NCBI GenBank assembly: GCA_964016885.1
Contig: OZ024741.1
Coordinates: 56,048,001 to 56,112,000, forward strand
Length of the DNA: 64,000 nt
Direction: 5' to 3'
Source of the DNA: Eledone cirrhosa
Lineage: Eukaryota
The translations under genes and the position numbers were made by a program. Positions within the stretch are counted from its first letter, which is position 1; each line of letters starts with the position of its first letter. The notes below the pieces were generated by a model, which ran no database searches, was not told the origin of the DNA, and saw only the letters and a list, made by a program, of their open reading frames with translations. Shown one piece after another: positions 1 through 12,802 of this stretch.

Positions 1-316
1 CTTTAGCTTATTCTTGTCATAGTATTGAGTGAGTAGTGGATACAATTCCACTAAGATGCATCTGACATTCTCACCAGCTACTGAGACAGCTGTGAAATTA
101 ACGACGGCTTAAAATATTCAGAGAGAGACACTTGTATGTTTACTATGTATAAAATATTGTAAATGCCTTGTTATACAGTCCTATTTTGTGTGTACATTCA
201 CTCACTCACACACACACAAACGTGCGCGCGTACACGCGCACACACACAAACACACGAAGAGGCAAATGATGATCTGAGTGAAAGTTGACACAATGTTTTT
301 CTATTTATTTGTGCAG

Positions 317-431
317 GTTGCGAAATTGATGCATGTGATAAATATGGTAATACTCCACTGCACATTGCTGCAAGATATGGTCATGAACTGATGATTAACA
401 CACTGCTGGAAAACGGAGCTAATTCTTTTAT
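317..431 (+). CDS. ANKRD28: Ankyrin gene, visible exon 1
   Basis: tttgtgcag|...|gtgagt; encodes [37 protein letters not shown]. Confidence 0.92.
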
Positions 432-464
432 GTGAGTCATACATAACACTTTCATCGTTATATA

Positions 465-545
465 TATAGGGTGTCCCCCAAAAATATATACACACTTATT
501 AGAATGCTGTTGAAGTATGTATACATTTTTAGGGCCACCCTGTAT
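465..545. mobile_element. ~80-bp Tc1/mariner-type MITE; other copies at ~8245-8295 and 38294-38373
   Basis: agggtgtccccca..aaaa / ttttagggccaccctgta ends, TA flanks, shared core tagaatgctgttgaagt. Confidence 0.7.
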
Positions 546-558
546 ATATCCTTCTTGT

Positions 559-1190
559 TACCATCTCTTTGCCTTTTCCTCTACCATTCTCATCTGCTTC
601 TTCCCTCTCCAACCAAAAAAGACCTTCTTGCAACCTCTTCTTCAGAACTTTGCTTTTACCTGATGAAAGACTAATGTCTGATGCATTGAAACATTCATTT
701 TACTTTTCCAACTAGTGTCTAACTAATAAGACTTTGTGTTATTGTATCTCTGTATTTGTCTTGTTTATCTTGAACCATATTGCAATGCTTACACAGCACT
801 CATCCTTTTCAAAGCTGGATATCTACCCAGCACTTTCTGACTCTTCGAATCACCCATGAATTACCCACAGACTTCATATTGGACTTTTTGAACTGCTCTT
901 GCACTGCACTTTCACTTTTTCTTTGACCTCACTCATGTTCCCATCTCTTTGCCATTTCCTCTTCTGCTCCTGGTGCTCCTCCCTCCATCACATCCGCTCC
1001 CAATTAACACTTTTGCTCCCTCCTTCCCCCATCCACCCTATGCGCAACCTCCTCTTTCTCTGAACTTTGCTCATTCCTGATGGACTGATGTCCGATATGC
1101 TGAAATAAATTCCTTTTCCTGCAAGCCTAAAACTAATGAGACTGTGTTATTGTATCTCTGTTTTTGTCTTGTTTATCATGAACTATCCAT
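559..1190 (+). repeat. Diverged direct repeat, two ~230-bp copies ~380 bp apart, with decayed hammerhead-like core
   Basis: ccatctctttgcc..gaactttgc..cctgatg..atgtc.gat..gaaa..tgtgttattgtatctctg at ~561-778 and ~941-1185. Confidence 0.7.
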
Positions 1191-1774
1191 CTTGTTAGAT
1201 AGTCGTTTTGGGACCATGATAAAAAGCACCCAGTCTACACTGTAAAATGGCCATGTAGCTATCATGACAAAAAGTACCCAGTACACACTGTAAATGTGGT
1301 TGGCATTAGGAAGGGCATCCAGCCGTATGACCCAAGCAAAAATCAGTTCTGTGTGAGCAAAACTCTGTCCTCCGAACTGGCCTGTTTCACAATGGGACAG
1401 CTCATCTAACCCATGCTAGTGTGGAAAATGGACGTTAAACAATGATGATGGCAATGGGATTTGCACCTAGAAAGTTACCCTCTGAGGCACAAGTCTGGTT
1501 AAGGTTGTTTGTGGAAGACCAGCAGTCGCCCATGCAAACCAGTCTTCCCTTCCATGTCACTAATGTTGCCTAAATGAAAGGCAAAGACAAATAATACAGC
1601 TTGGCACCAGCAATGTCACAACTCATTTCTACAAATGAGTAAACTGGAGGAATGTGAAATAAAGTATCTTGCTCAAGGACACAACACATCAGCTGGTCCG
1701 AGAATCAAATTCATAACCTCCCAATTGCAAGCCCGATGCTCTAATCACTAATCCATATGTGTGTGTGTATATAG

Positions 1775-2105
1775 TAGGCAGATGGCTTAGTGGTTATAGC
1801 ATTGGGTTGCAATCGAAAGGTTGTGAGTTCAATTCTCAGACCAGGTGATGTGTTGTTTCCTTGAGCAAGATACTTTATTTCACATTGCTCCAGTTTACTC
1901 AGCTGTAGAAATGAGATGATAGGACTGGGGTCCATATCATTCCACTGGAAAGTGGACGTGTAGGCACCACGGAAAAAAGCACCCAGCACTCACTATAAAT
2001 GAGGTTGGTGTTAGGAAGGGCATCCAGCTGAAGAAATCAAGCCAGAATCAGTTCCTGTTCTACCCATGCAAGCAGGAAAAGCGGACGTAAAAAGATGATG
2101 ATGAT
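1775..2105 (+). mobile_element. tRNA-derived SINE family A (young)
   Basis: A box tggcttagtgg, B box gagttcaattc, CORE/Meta-like ccttgagcaaga.actttattt, RTE-type tail with (GAT)n. Confidence 0.85.
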
Positions 2106-2111
2106 ATATAT

Positions 2112-3658
2112 ATGGCATTTCTCGACCTTGAGAAAGCCTTTGACAGAGTTCCACGTGCTGTAATCTGGTGGGCTCTTAGAAAACTAGGAGTAGATGAATG
2201 GCTTGTGAAAGCGGTACAAGCCATGTATAGGGGAGCAGTCAGCAAAGTTAGGATTAGCAATGAGTATAGCGAGGAATTTAGCGTACAGGTTGGGGTCCAC
2301 CAGGGCTCTGTTCTTAGCCCCCTCCTGTTCATGATAGTCCTGCAGGCAATAACGGAGGAGTTTAAGACCGGATGCCCATGGGAACTCCTGTATGCTGATG
2401 ACCTCGCACTCATAGCTGAATCTATGGTAGAACTAGAGAATAAATTCCAAACTTGGAAGCAGGGACTAGAAAGAAAGGGTCTCAAAGTCAACATGACAAA
2501 GACTAAGGTCTTTGTAAGTAGACGAGAAAACAGAACCCAGATCCCCTCAGGGAAATGGCCTTGCTCAGTATGTAGGAAAGGTGTAGGTAGGAACTCCATT
2601 CTCTGCCCCAAATGCAAACAATGGGTACACAAGAGATGTAGGGGGACCTCAGGAAGCTTAATTAAGAATGTAGGCTTCACATGCAGCAGCTGTGCTGAGA
2701 CAGCAAGCAGCAAACAGCCACAGGAGACAAGTACCACCAATCTCTGGGAGGGCCCTGTAGAAACAGTAGACAGCTTCTGCTACCTAGGTGACCGAATTAG
2801 CAGCGGAGGTGGGTGTTCAGAAAGTACAATAACTAGGGTAAGAACGGGATGGAAGAAGTTTAGGGAACTACTACCACTGCTAGCTGCAAACGGCTTCTCC
2901 CTCAGAATGAAAGGCAGACTGTATGATGCGTGTATCCGAACAGCAATGTTGCATGGTAGTGAGACCTGGGCGCTGAAGGTGGAAGACTTACGTAGATTAG
3001 AGAGAAACGAAACCTGCATGATCCGATGGATGTGTAACAGTAATATATGCGAACGACAAAGCATAAATGAATTGAGAGAGAGACTGAGCATAAGAGGAAT
3101 CAAATGCTGCGTGCAGGAGAGGCGGTTGCGCTGGTATGGACATGTGATGCGTATGAAGGATGACAGCTGCATAAAAAGGTGCAGAGCACTAGAAGTTGAT
3201 GGAAACCGCGGAGTGGGGAGACCCAAGATGATCTGGGATGAGGTGATAAAAGCCGACCTTACCCAATTACACCTCTCAAAGGCAATGACACACGACCGTG
3301 ACTTCTGGCGTCACGCAGTAATACAGAGTACCCGACCTCCCATGGGTACAAGCTGAAGCATATAGACAATATGCCCCCACACCCCCCACCGCAAGGTGGT
3401 CGTGGAGGTGCCACGGCAAAAAAGCACCCAGCCCACACTGTAAAGTGGACGTGTAGGCGCCACGAAAAAGCACCCAGCACTCACTGTAAATGAGGTTGGT
3501 GTTAGGAAGGGCATCCAGCTGTGGAAATCAAGCCAAATCAGTTCCTGTATGAGCAAGGCATGGTCAGCCGACCAGACACTGCCCACAACAGGACAATCCG
3601 TCTAACCCATGCTAGCGTGGAAGAACGGACGTAAAACGGTGATGATGATGATGATGAT
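2112..3658 (+). mobile_element. 5'-truncated RTE-clade LINE (RT with PHD insert, 3' UTR, (GAT)n tail)
   Basis: ORF 2112..3356 with FLDLEKAFDRV, GVHQGSVLSP, LLYADD, RRLRWYGHVMR. Confidence 0.95.
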
Positions 3659-4072
3659 ATATATATATATGCATATATATATATTTATTTATGCACCATC
3701 ATTGCATTGTATTGTTCTCCTGTGTTGTTTTTCCTTGTTGACTTTTCTGATATATATATATGCATGTTGTAAGAAGCAACTAAAAGAGCTGGCATCATGA
3801 AAAGCATTTGGCTGTAAAACATTCTCTCAAAAAAACCCTACAAACCTACACCTGCATGGAAAAGTGAACATAAAACCAATATATATATATATATATTGGT
3901 TTTATGTTCACTTTTCCATGCAGGTGTAGGTTTATATATATATATATATATAATATTTCTGCTCTGCTTATACGCATAGAGCTTAACTAGCTACCGTCGA
4001 ATATTTGGTAGGTCAGGCGTGATCATCGCGATTTACGTACGACCTACCATACATCTTGCTTATATATATATA

Positions 4073-4398
4073 TGGAGGCACATGGCTTAGTGGTTAGAGC
4101 ATTGGCCTTGCAATCGAAAGGTTGTGAGTTCAATTCTCAGATGTGTTGTTTCCTTGAGCAAGAGACTTTATTTCACATTGCTCCAGTTTACTCAGCTGTA
4201 GAAATGAGATGATAGGGACTGGGATCCCTATCATTCCACTGCAAAGTGGTCGTGTAGGTGCCACGGCAAAAAAGCACCCAGCACTCACTGCAAATGAGGT
4301 TGGTGTTAGGAAGAGCATCCAGCTGTAGAAATCAAGCCAGAATCAGTTCCCGTCCCACCCTTGCAAGCAGGGAAAAGCGGACGTAAAATGATGATGAT
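4073..4398 (+). mobile_element. SINE family A
   Basis: Close copy of 1775-2105; TA-flanked. Confidence 0.85.
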
Positions 4399-4417
4399 AT
4401 ATATATTAATATAGAAA

Positions 4418-4468
4418 AGCTTCTACAGGACTAGAACTGTTTCATTTGAAAGAAATCATCAGGAAGCT
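4418..4468 (-). ncRNA. Type I hammerhead ribozyme motif
   Basis: Minus strand: agcttc-CTGATGA-tttctttcaaat-GAAA-cag ttctagtc ctg-TA-gaagct; 6-bp stem I, weak stem II, stem III cag/ctg, GUA site. Confidence 0.72.
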
Positions 4469-4498
4469 GACTCGGTTACCCCCGATTGAACCCGGAAT

Positions 4499-4534
<36 letters not shown>

Positions 4535-4712
4535 ATCATCATCATCATCATCGTCGTTTAACGTGTATCTTCCACGCTAGCATGGGTTTAGACGGGAATT
4601 GTCCCACTTGAGGCAAATTGGTTGGGTGACCATGTCGCACTCGTATAGGACTGTCTGGCAGGTTTTCTACGGCTGGATGACCTTCCTAATACCAACCACA
4701 TTTACAGTGGTG

Positions 4713-4778
<66 letters not shown>

Positions 4779-4864
4779 ATATATATATATCGATGATGAT
4801 GATTAAACTCTATTTGTACCTACTCTCATGCCCCTTTTCTCTTTTTCTCTCTTTCTCCACCTAG

Positions 4865-5017
4865 GCCTGGCTGCAATGGTATGGTACCAATCCATGTGGC
4901 AGCCCTCAATGGTTATGTGGACTGTGTGAAGAAGTTGTTCAACCACATGGCTGACTTTGATATCAATATGCCGGATGACTGTGGTCGCACTTGTCTACAT
5001 GCTGCTGCTGTTAGCGG
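4865..5017 (+). CDS. ANKRD28: Ankyrin gene, visible exon 2
   Basis: Pyrimidine tract, ctag|...|gtaagt; encodes PGCNGMVPIHVAALNGYVDCVKKLFNHMADFDINMPDDCGRTCLHAAAVSG; phase matches exon 1. Confidence 0.92.
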
Positions 5018-5614
5018 GTAAGTGGTTAGTGAGGGTGGTTAATTGACATAGGGGGTGTGATCAGTTGACAAAGGGGGTGTGATCAGATGACAAACTGAGG
5101 TTGGTCTGTAGACAGTGAATGGTAGTGGAGAGTGGGTGTGCTCAAATCTGTAGACACTGGGTGTTACTGGTGAGTCTAGTCTGTGTAGTCAAATGACAAA
5201 CTGAACTTGGTTTGTAGACAGTGGATGTTGCTGAAGAGTGGGTGTGGTTTGTTGACTGAGCATGTATGGTTTGTTGACAAAGCAGGTGTAGTGTGTAGAT
5301 AGTGAATGTTGTTAGTGGATAGTTGGTGTGGTCAATTGACATAGGGGGGTGTGGTCAGTACAACAGCGAATATAAACATTTGCATTACCAAACCTGTTTT
5401 TAAATATTTTCTGCTCAAATCATTTCAGAATGTTAAGAGTTAAACTACTTTTCAATTGAATTTGTATCACCTTGTCATACTTTTCAAATCCCTTCTCTCT
5501 CTTTCTATCTCTCTCTCTCCACTCATACCATCACCACTAATACTCTCTCTTTCTCTCTCCACTTCCACCATCACCGTTGTACTACACTTTCTGTCTGTCT
5601 CTATCTCTCCCCAG

Positions 5615-5683
5615 TAACGTTGACTGTGTTGAGTTGTTGCTGTCATATGGTGCCAATGAAATGACTTTGGACAACGAAGGCAG
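5615..5683 (+). CDS. ANKRD28: Ankyrin gene, visible exon 3
   Basis: ctccccag|...|gtaagt; encodes NVDCVELLLSYGANEMTLDNEGR. Confidence 0.9.
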
Positions 5684-6986
5684 GTAAGTCTACACACTTT
5701 CTTTCTCACTCACATTCTCTCTCACTCACATTTTCTCTCACTCACATTCTCTCTCTCCACACATCTAAACCTGTTGAACACTTTTGTCCCACTTTAACAA
5801 TAGTGTTGTCAGTTACAGGTTTTCAGCAGTACATATATTGTTGTGGTGATATTTTTGTTTAGCCTCTTGATCAAGACATGTCTAGCAGTGACCATCACAT
5901 GTACCTTTCTAGGTACATATGTTGCCGTAATGTTATTTTCTTTAGCTCCTGGATTAGAGTTTCAGCAGATATTATTGTTTAGCCCCTGGTTCATTACTAA
6001 TCTTGCATTGACCATCCTACCTTTTTAGGACATGGTGTATCAAGGACTACATTATCTTGGAGATATGACTGCTATTTCTAACAGGTCAGGTGACCACATA
6101 GAGGCTTCTTCTTTGGCTTGTGTTCTGTTGTGTAGGGACACATGGTGTCAAACACTAACAGAACCTTTCTTTTTAGTGTTTAGTAAGCTGAAATGGATCT
6201 CTATTGCTTTCAATGATGAGTGTTACTGTTGTTTGATCCACAGTACAGCCTGCTTATGAAATTAATGTATAAGTGGGTGAGCATTCCACAGACACGTGTA
6301 CCCTTAATGTAATTGACAGGGAGATGCAGCATGACAGTGTGTGACAAGGTTGGCTTTTTGAATTACAAGTACAGTCCATCATTCTACCCAATTTCATTTG
6401 CAAGACTTGGGTCAACTTGAGTCTTATGACAAATGATACTTGCTCAAAACGCCACACAGTGGGATCAAACCTGGTACAGTCAAAACTAAAATCAGGGCGT
6501 CCAGGGAGGATGGAAGGTATCGTCACACTGGCGACCTCACCAGATTACTTGCAACAAAGTGGTTTGCACCAAAGATAACCAAGGTGTTAAATGGTCATTA
6601 AACCAAGTGACAGATAAGTTTACCACCCAAAGTAGGCCGCAGCAGGCTTTGAACTCAAAACTCACTCACAATTCTGATAATCTCTTGACTGGTATTTTAT
6701 TTTAATCAAACCTGAAAAGACGAAAGGCAAAATTGATCCCAGCAGGATTTGAAATCAGAGCACAGAGAACCAGAATAACTACTGCAAGGCATTTTGTCCT
6801 TAATTCCTACAACCATGCTAATTTGCTACCAAACTTTGTTGAGTTGTTCTTCTTTAGCACCAAGTGAACCTTGATCAAGCAAACTTAGAGAGGCATTCTA
6901 GCTGTGATTTGTGAGAAACATGGTATTATAAATAGACATGCACATTGACACACTCACACACACACATACTTAGGTACATGTACACC

Positions 6987-7320
6987 ATCATCATCGGCTT
7001 ACATTGGCTTTTCTATTTTTGCATGGGTTCGATGGGAATTTTTCAGCACAGCATCCATCCACTTGCTGCAGTTCTTCATCATCTCATCTGTGAGATTCAA
7101 GAATTCAAGATCAGCTCTCACAACCTTTCTCCAGGTCTTCTTTGACCTTCCTTTATGCAGCTTCCTTTCACTAGGATTTCTTGACACTTCTTCATCCAAC
7201 GATCAACATCCATACATATAACATGTCTATACCAGTGCAGTCTTCTCTCCTGCACACTACATCTGATTCCTCTTATACTCAGTTTTTCTTTGAGCTCATC
7301 CATGCTTTATTGTTCCTTGG
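6987..7320 (-). mobile_element. Degenerate RTE 3' fragment
   Basis: LSIRGIRCSVQERRLHWYRHV and KKTWRKVVRADL in ORFs 7118..7303 and 6999..7199. Confidence 0.8.
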
Positions 7321-7441
7321 CTCTGATACAACCTCATTAACCACAAAGCTATTCCTAAACCTAGCAAGAATATATTAACATGTATGTTATTGTAATATTA
7401 AAGCCACATGTAACCACTTGTATTTTGTCTTCTGTTGGCAG

Positions 7442-7582
7442 GACGGCCCTTCATTATGCTGCAGCACATGTTCACCAACAGTGTGTGATGGCTCTTATTA
7501 ATGCACGTGTTGATATCAACCTCCAAGACAAGCAAGGCTGCACAGCCTTGCATTTTGCTTCTGCTGCTGATGTTGATGCCAA
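7442..7582 (+). CDS. ANKRD28: Ankyrin gene, visible exon 4
   Basis: ttggcag|...|gtaagt; encodes TALHYAAAHVHQQCVMALINARVDINLQDKQGCTALHFASAADVDAK (inside ORF 7380..7586). Confidence 0.92.
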
Positions 7583-7640
7583 GTAAGTCTTTCTCTTTCT
7601 CTCTATCCCTTTGTATATATAAAATGTAAATGTATGTGTG

Positions 7641-7707
<67 letters not shown>

Positions 7708-7754
7708 GCAACTAAGTATGTTTTGAAACAGTGAGCAGGTTTGAAATTAGAAAA

Positions 7755-7854
7755 TAGAATAGCTTTCACCGTATTTTTGACTAAAGGAATTTTAGCCTGA
7801 TAATGGGGTTTAGAACCCTCAGATAAATGGAAAAAGATGAGTATTGACGTACAT

Positions 7855-7886
<32 letters not shown>

Positions 7887-8236
7887 ATGGGGAGGATGCT
7901 TAATACCACCAAAACCATAGCTACCTATGTACAGCCCTTTAGAAAAGGGGAAAGTTTGAAGAGAGGCAGAAGAAAACTTTGGTGATATTTTTTTTTTACT
8001 AATCATTAAACAGAAGAGCTGAAACCTTTGGCACACAGCAACAAAAAAAGTGGGGAGGATGTCAAAGGTTAAAAATTAAAAAAAAAAAAAAAGTCTAGCG
8101 CTAGAGCAGAGGTTCTGTAATGTAACAAAGGCTCCCATGTACGTCAATAATCATCTTTTTCCATTTATCTGAGGGTTCTAAACCCCATTATCAGGCTAAA
8201 ATTCCTTTAGTCAAAAATACGGTGAAAGCTATTCTA
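7755..8236. mobile_element. Inverted-repeat element (105-bp arms) enclosing an inverted copy of nearby intron sequence
   Basis: Arms 7755-7859 and 8132-8236 differ at one position; interior 7860-8132 is the reverse complement of 9284-~9565. Confidence 0.85.
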
Positions 8237-9162
8237 TATATATATTTATTAGAATGCTGTTGAAGTGTGTATACATTTTTTGAGGAGACCCTGTATATAT
8301 ACACACATACATACTGCCCTCATAGATGAGTTGGTGGACCATGTCTCACTTATATGTTCCAAATTTTGAAATGTTTTCTACAATTGGATGTCCTTCCTAT
8401 CACCAACCCCTTTTCAGAGTGTACTGGATATCATTGCACTGATGTGTATGTTGACCTCCGTCACTTCAAATAATATGTCCCAATTTATAGAACAACGGAA
8501 CAACTTTTTCATGAAATGAATGTGTATGTTGCTGAGAATTCTACAGACATGTCTACCTTTAACATAGTTCTCAGGGAGATTCAGCATGACATAAGTGTGG
8601 CAAGCCTGGCCCTTTGAATTACAGGTATAATTCATTTTTACCAACTTAGTGGACTGGAGCAACGTGAAATAAAGTGTCTCACTCAAGTACTCAATGCATT
8701 GCCAAGAATTGAACTCACAACCTTACGCTTGTGAGCTGAACACTAACCATTGAGCTGTGTGCCTCCACATATCATGGTGCTAATCATATATAATCAGATA
8801 CTATTTTACATTGTAAGTATTAGCTGTTGATTATTTTTCTCTGTTATTAATGAGACTTCTGGCATTCTTGGCCCCCAGACCACATCCCTACTCACTACTA
8901 TCAGGGTGGAGTTGGTTACCCACGGGAGTAAGCCTCACAAGTTAGAATGGCTATTCCAATGTATCTTCCTTGTCAACCTCCATTCCATTGTTTTTTCCAT
9001 TCTGTCTACAGGGACCATAAAACAGCCTGCAAATGGGCTCCCACACTCAAGAGAACGTTTCATTGAGGTAGCAATGTTGTGACTACTAAATTTGTTTTTT
9101 CCTCATATTTTCTCATTTTGAATTTTTACTAATTGTTCTCCATATTTGAATTCATTGTTCAG

Positions 9163-9274
9163 GGTTGTGGAACTGCTCCTGAAGTATGAAGCCAAGCCAG
9201 GTCTACGGGATCGCAGTGGTTACAATGCAGTACATTACGCGGCACTGAAGGGCCACAAACTTGCTCTGGAGATG
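9163..9274 (+). CDS. ANKRD28: Ankyrin gene, visible exon 5
   Basis: tgttcag|...|gtaagt; encodes VVELLLKYEAKPGLRDRSGYNAVHYAALKGHKLALEM; ends in phase 0. Confidence 0.92.
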
Positions 9275-9536
9275 GTAAGTAGGGCCTTTGTTACATTACA
9301 GAACCTGCTCTAGCGCTAGACTTTTTTTTTTAAATTTTTTTTTTTTTTTAATTTTAACCTTTGACATCCTCCCCACTTTTTTTGTTGCTGTGTGCCAAAG
9401 GTTTCAGCTCTTCTGTTTAATGATTGGTAAAAAAAAAATATCACCAAAGTTTTCTTCTGCCTCTCTTCAAACTTTCCCCTTTTCTAAAGGCCTGTACATA
9501 GGTAGCTATGGTTTTGGTGGCATTAGGCATCCTCCC

Positions 9537-9596
<60 letters not shown>

Positions 9597-11654
9597 AAGA
9601 TGGCAGTATGTTGCAAGCACTTTCCCCAGAAGATGCAGATCCCTATTCCTGAGAGCTGACTTTTGACCTAAGGCATGTAAAACTTCAAAGATTCTGCTCC
9701 AAGACAATAAAAGAGCCACATCCCCCTAAAATCTGTGGAGGCTGAAGAGAAGTGAATTGTGTATGATCTGTTGGCTATGTAACATTAACCCTTCTCATGA
9801 AAGACAAAATAGAAGCAACTAAATATTCTTGTTGGATCTCTGCTGCTTCCCATGACCAGTGCTCCAGTTGATTGTCAATGAAACTGCCTGCTCATGAAAT
9901 TAATATGCAAATGGCTGAATTTTCCACAGACACGTGTACCCTGGGCATAGTTCTCATAGCACAGAATGTGACATGCTGGCCACTTCAATTACAGGTACAA
10001 CTCCTTTTTGCCAACTGGAGCAAAGTGAAATCAAATGAAATAGCTGAAGGACACAACTAAGCTATGTATTGCATGGCATGGTTCCATAACTGAGGGAGTT
10101 GTAGGGACGCCATGTTGATATATGGTGTTTATGGGGCATTTTTAAAATCTGGCAGAGCCCATCTCCTCTCCAGGTCTGAATATAGCAAATTTCTTCCAGA
10201 GAAGGGTAGAGAGAGTGACAGAAAGGTAGTGAGAAAGAGATATAGAGGAAGAATTGACTCCAGTACTTGACTGGTACTTTTTTTTATCAACCTTAAATGG
10301 GTGAAAGGTAAAGTTGACCTCAGCAGAATTTGAATTGAGAGAGCAGAGAGTCAGAACAAATACTGCAAAGCATTCTATCCAACGTTCTAAAGACTCTGCC
10401 AATTCACCACCCAAGTTAAGTATTAGGGGCATGATATTAGATGTATTTGAAAAGCTGGAGTGAAATGTGATGTGTGTGATTTGTTGGTTGTGAAAGGTTA
10501 ACTGTGTGAAGAACAGAACTGGGAGGGAACAGCTGGGTTTTAAAGGTATCAGTTGATGTTTGCAGTAAAAGCAACTGAAATGATGAGGTGTGATGACAGA
10601 GAATGGCAACCTATCTCAAGGGAATACCAATGAAAACAAAAGGTAAAATCCTAAGAAGCTGGGGCCTTACAAACAAGCTGACATACAATCGAGGTTAGAA
10701 GGCAAATATTGATGATGAGTTGGATAACTGAAGAGTTGCTAATTTCTAGAATTTAACTTCTTAGCCATCTTGGGTTTAACTAGATGGTATTTTGCTTTCT
10801 GTTCTGAGGTGCAGCAAATTTTAAATCTGGAGTGCATCCTGCAGTGCTATTTTCTCCATCCACAAACTAATGAAATTGGCATCAGACCCAGGTTTCATTG
10901 CCCAGCAGGCTGAATGAGGATAGGCTTCTTTTCAAACCTATAGCAATAGAATTATACACCGTCTGGGACCCTAAATTATTTCCCTACTCAGTGCAATCAG
11001 GATAGAGTTGGCTATCCCTACTGCCCACAACAGGACAACCCGTCTAACCCACGCTAGCGTGGAAGAACGAATGTAAAACGGTGATAATGATAATGATATG
11101 TTGTTGGTGTGTGGTCTAGTGGTTAGTGCTGGATTTACGATCATAATGTTGTGGGTTCAATTCCTGGACTAAGTAGTGTGTTGTTCTTGACTAAAACACT
11201 TTGGTTTACGTTGCTCCAGTATTCTCAGCTGAAAATGAGTACCAGCAATAGCTGGAAATTTAACCCAGTGATGGACAGCTGTTCTGTTCAGAGGGAAGTC
11301 TTGTATGCTCAACTGCTTAATGCCAAATAAACCAGGATAGGCACCAGCCTAATATGCCTCCAAACATTTTAGTTGTTATTGGACCACCACCGGTTCTGAC
11401 AATGAGTGCTCCAGTTGAGAGAAAGAGGTAGTGATAGAGAAAATACAATAGGATTGACATTTTTTTTATCAATCAATAAAAACCAGATGAAACTGGTCAG
11501 ACTGGCTTGAGTTTATTCTTCAGGGAGATCCTGTGTTTTAATTACAGTGTCTATTTTACATAGCAGGGACTAAATGCATGTTTAGTAAACAAACACATAT
11601 TAACCTAGTTATCTTTTATCCAAGCATATACACACATACACTGTCTCAGTACTT

Positions 11655-12175
<521 letters not shown>

Positions 12176-12762
12176 TCACATATGCATACACATGCATACA
12201 CATATGCATACACATGCTGTAAAGTGGTTGGTGATAGGAAGGGCATCCAGCCATAGGAAGCTTGCTAAACAAAGGGCTGGGAGGATCCTTCAGTTGTGTA
12301 AAAGACATCACTTCTTTAGTGCTGGTGCCACGGTGAAATACACTTCGTAGAGCGTTGGACCATATGTTAGTGAGATGCAGACCTCCGACCTGTCTAGGAG
12401 GTCAGTAGCTCCGCTTGAGTACTGACTCAGTTTGTGAAGGCCCATGCTAACTGGGAAAACGGATGCTAGATGATGATGATGATATCTATATATAGTATAT
12501 ATTCCCATCTCTACCATTTCATTGTCTCCACTTCTATTCTATCTTAACCCGCCATTTCCATATCTTCATACCATCATCTTCCGGGCTGTCACTGTGACCC
12601 CCCTCTGTCTATTCAATAACATTCTGCTCAACAACAGTTATAGTAGTAAGGGTCATGGTGGTAGTGTCAGTAGTAGTATTAGTAGTAGTAGATGTAACTG
12701 TTGTAGCTGTCTTCATTGTGAATTTACCATTGTTCTTGTGTTTTAATTCCTTAACAGTACTA

Positions 12763-12802
<40 letters not shown>

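Noticed and set aside
388-415. CTGATGA...GAAA inside exon 1
   Set aside because: No stems; explained by codons
1775-1850. tRNA gene
   Set aside because: A and B boxes are present but there is no acceptor stem, and the sequence continues into a SINE body in many copies
2060-3226. Antisense ORFs over RT genes (also 56677-58227, 60667-62369, 42143-43831)
   Set aside because: Shadow frames of LINE coding sequence
8132-8236. Hammerhead in the 105-bp arms (ggtGAAAgcTA)
   Set aside because: Only the 3' half is present; no CUGANGA with a matching stem I
7398-9719. Duplicated peptide CQRFQLFCLMI..HPPHSLS in ORFs 7398..8036 and 9288..9659
   Set aside because: By-product of the inverted intronic duplication; no coding signature
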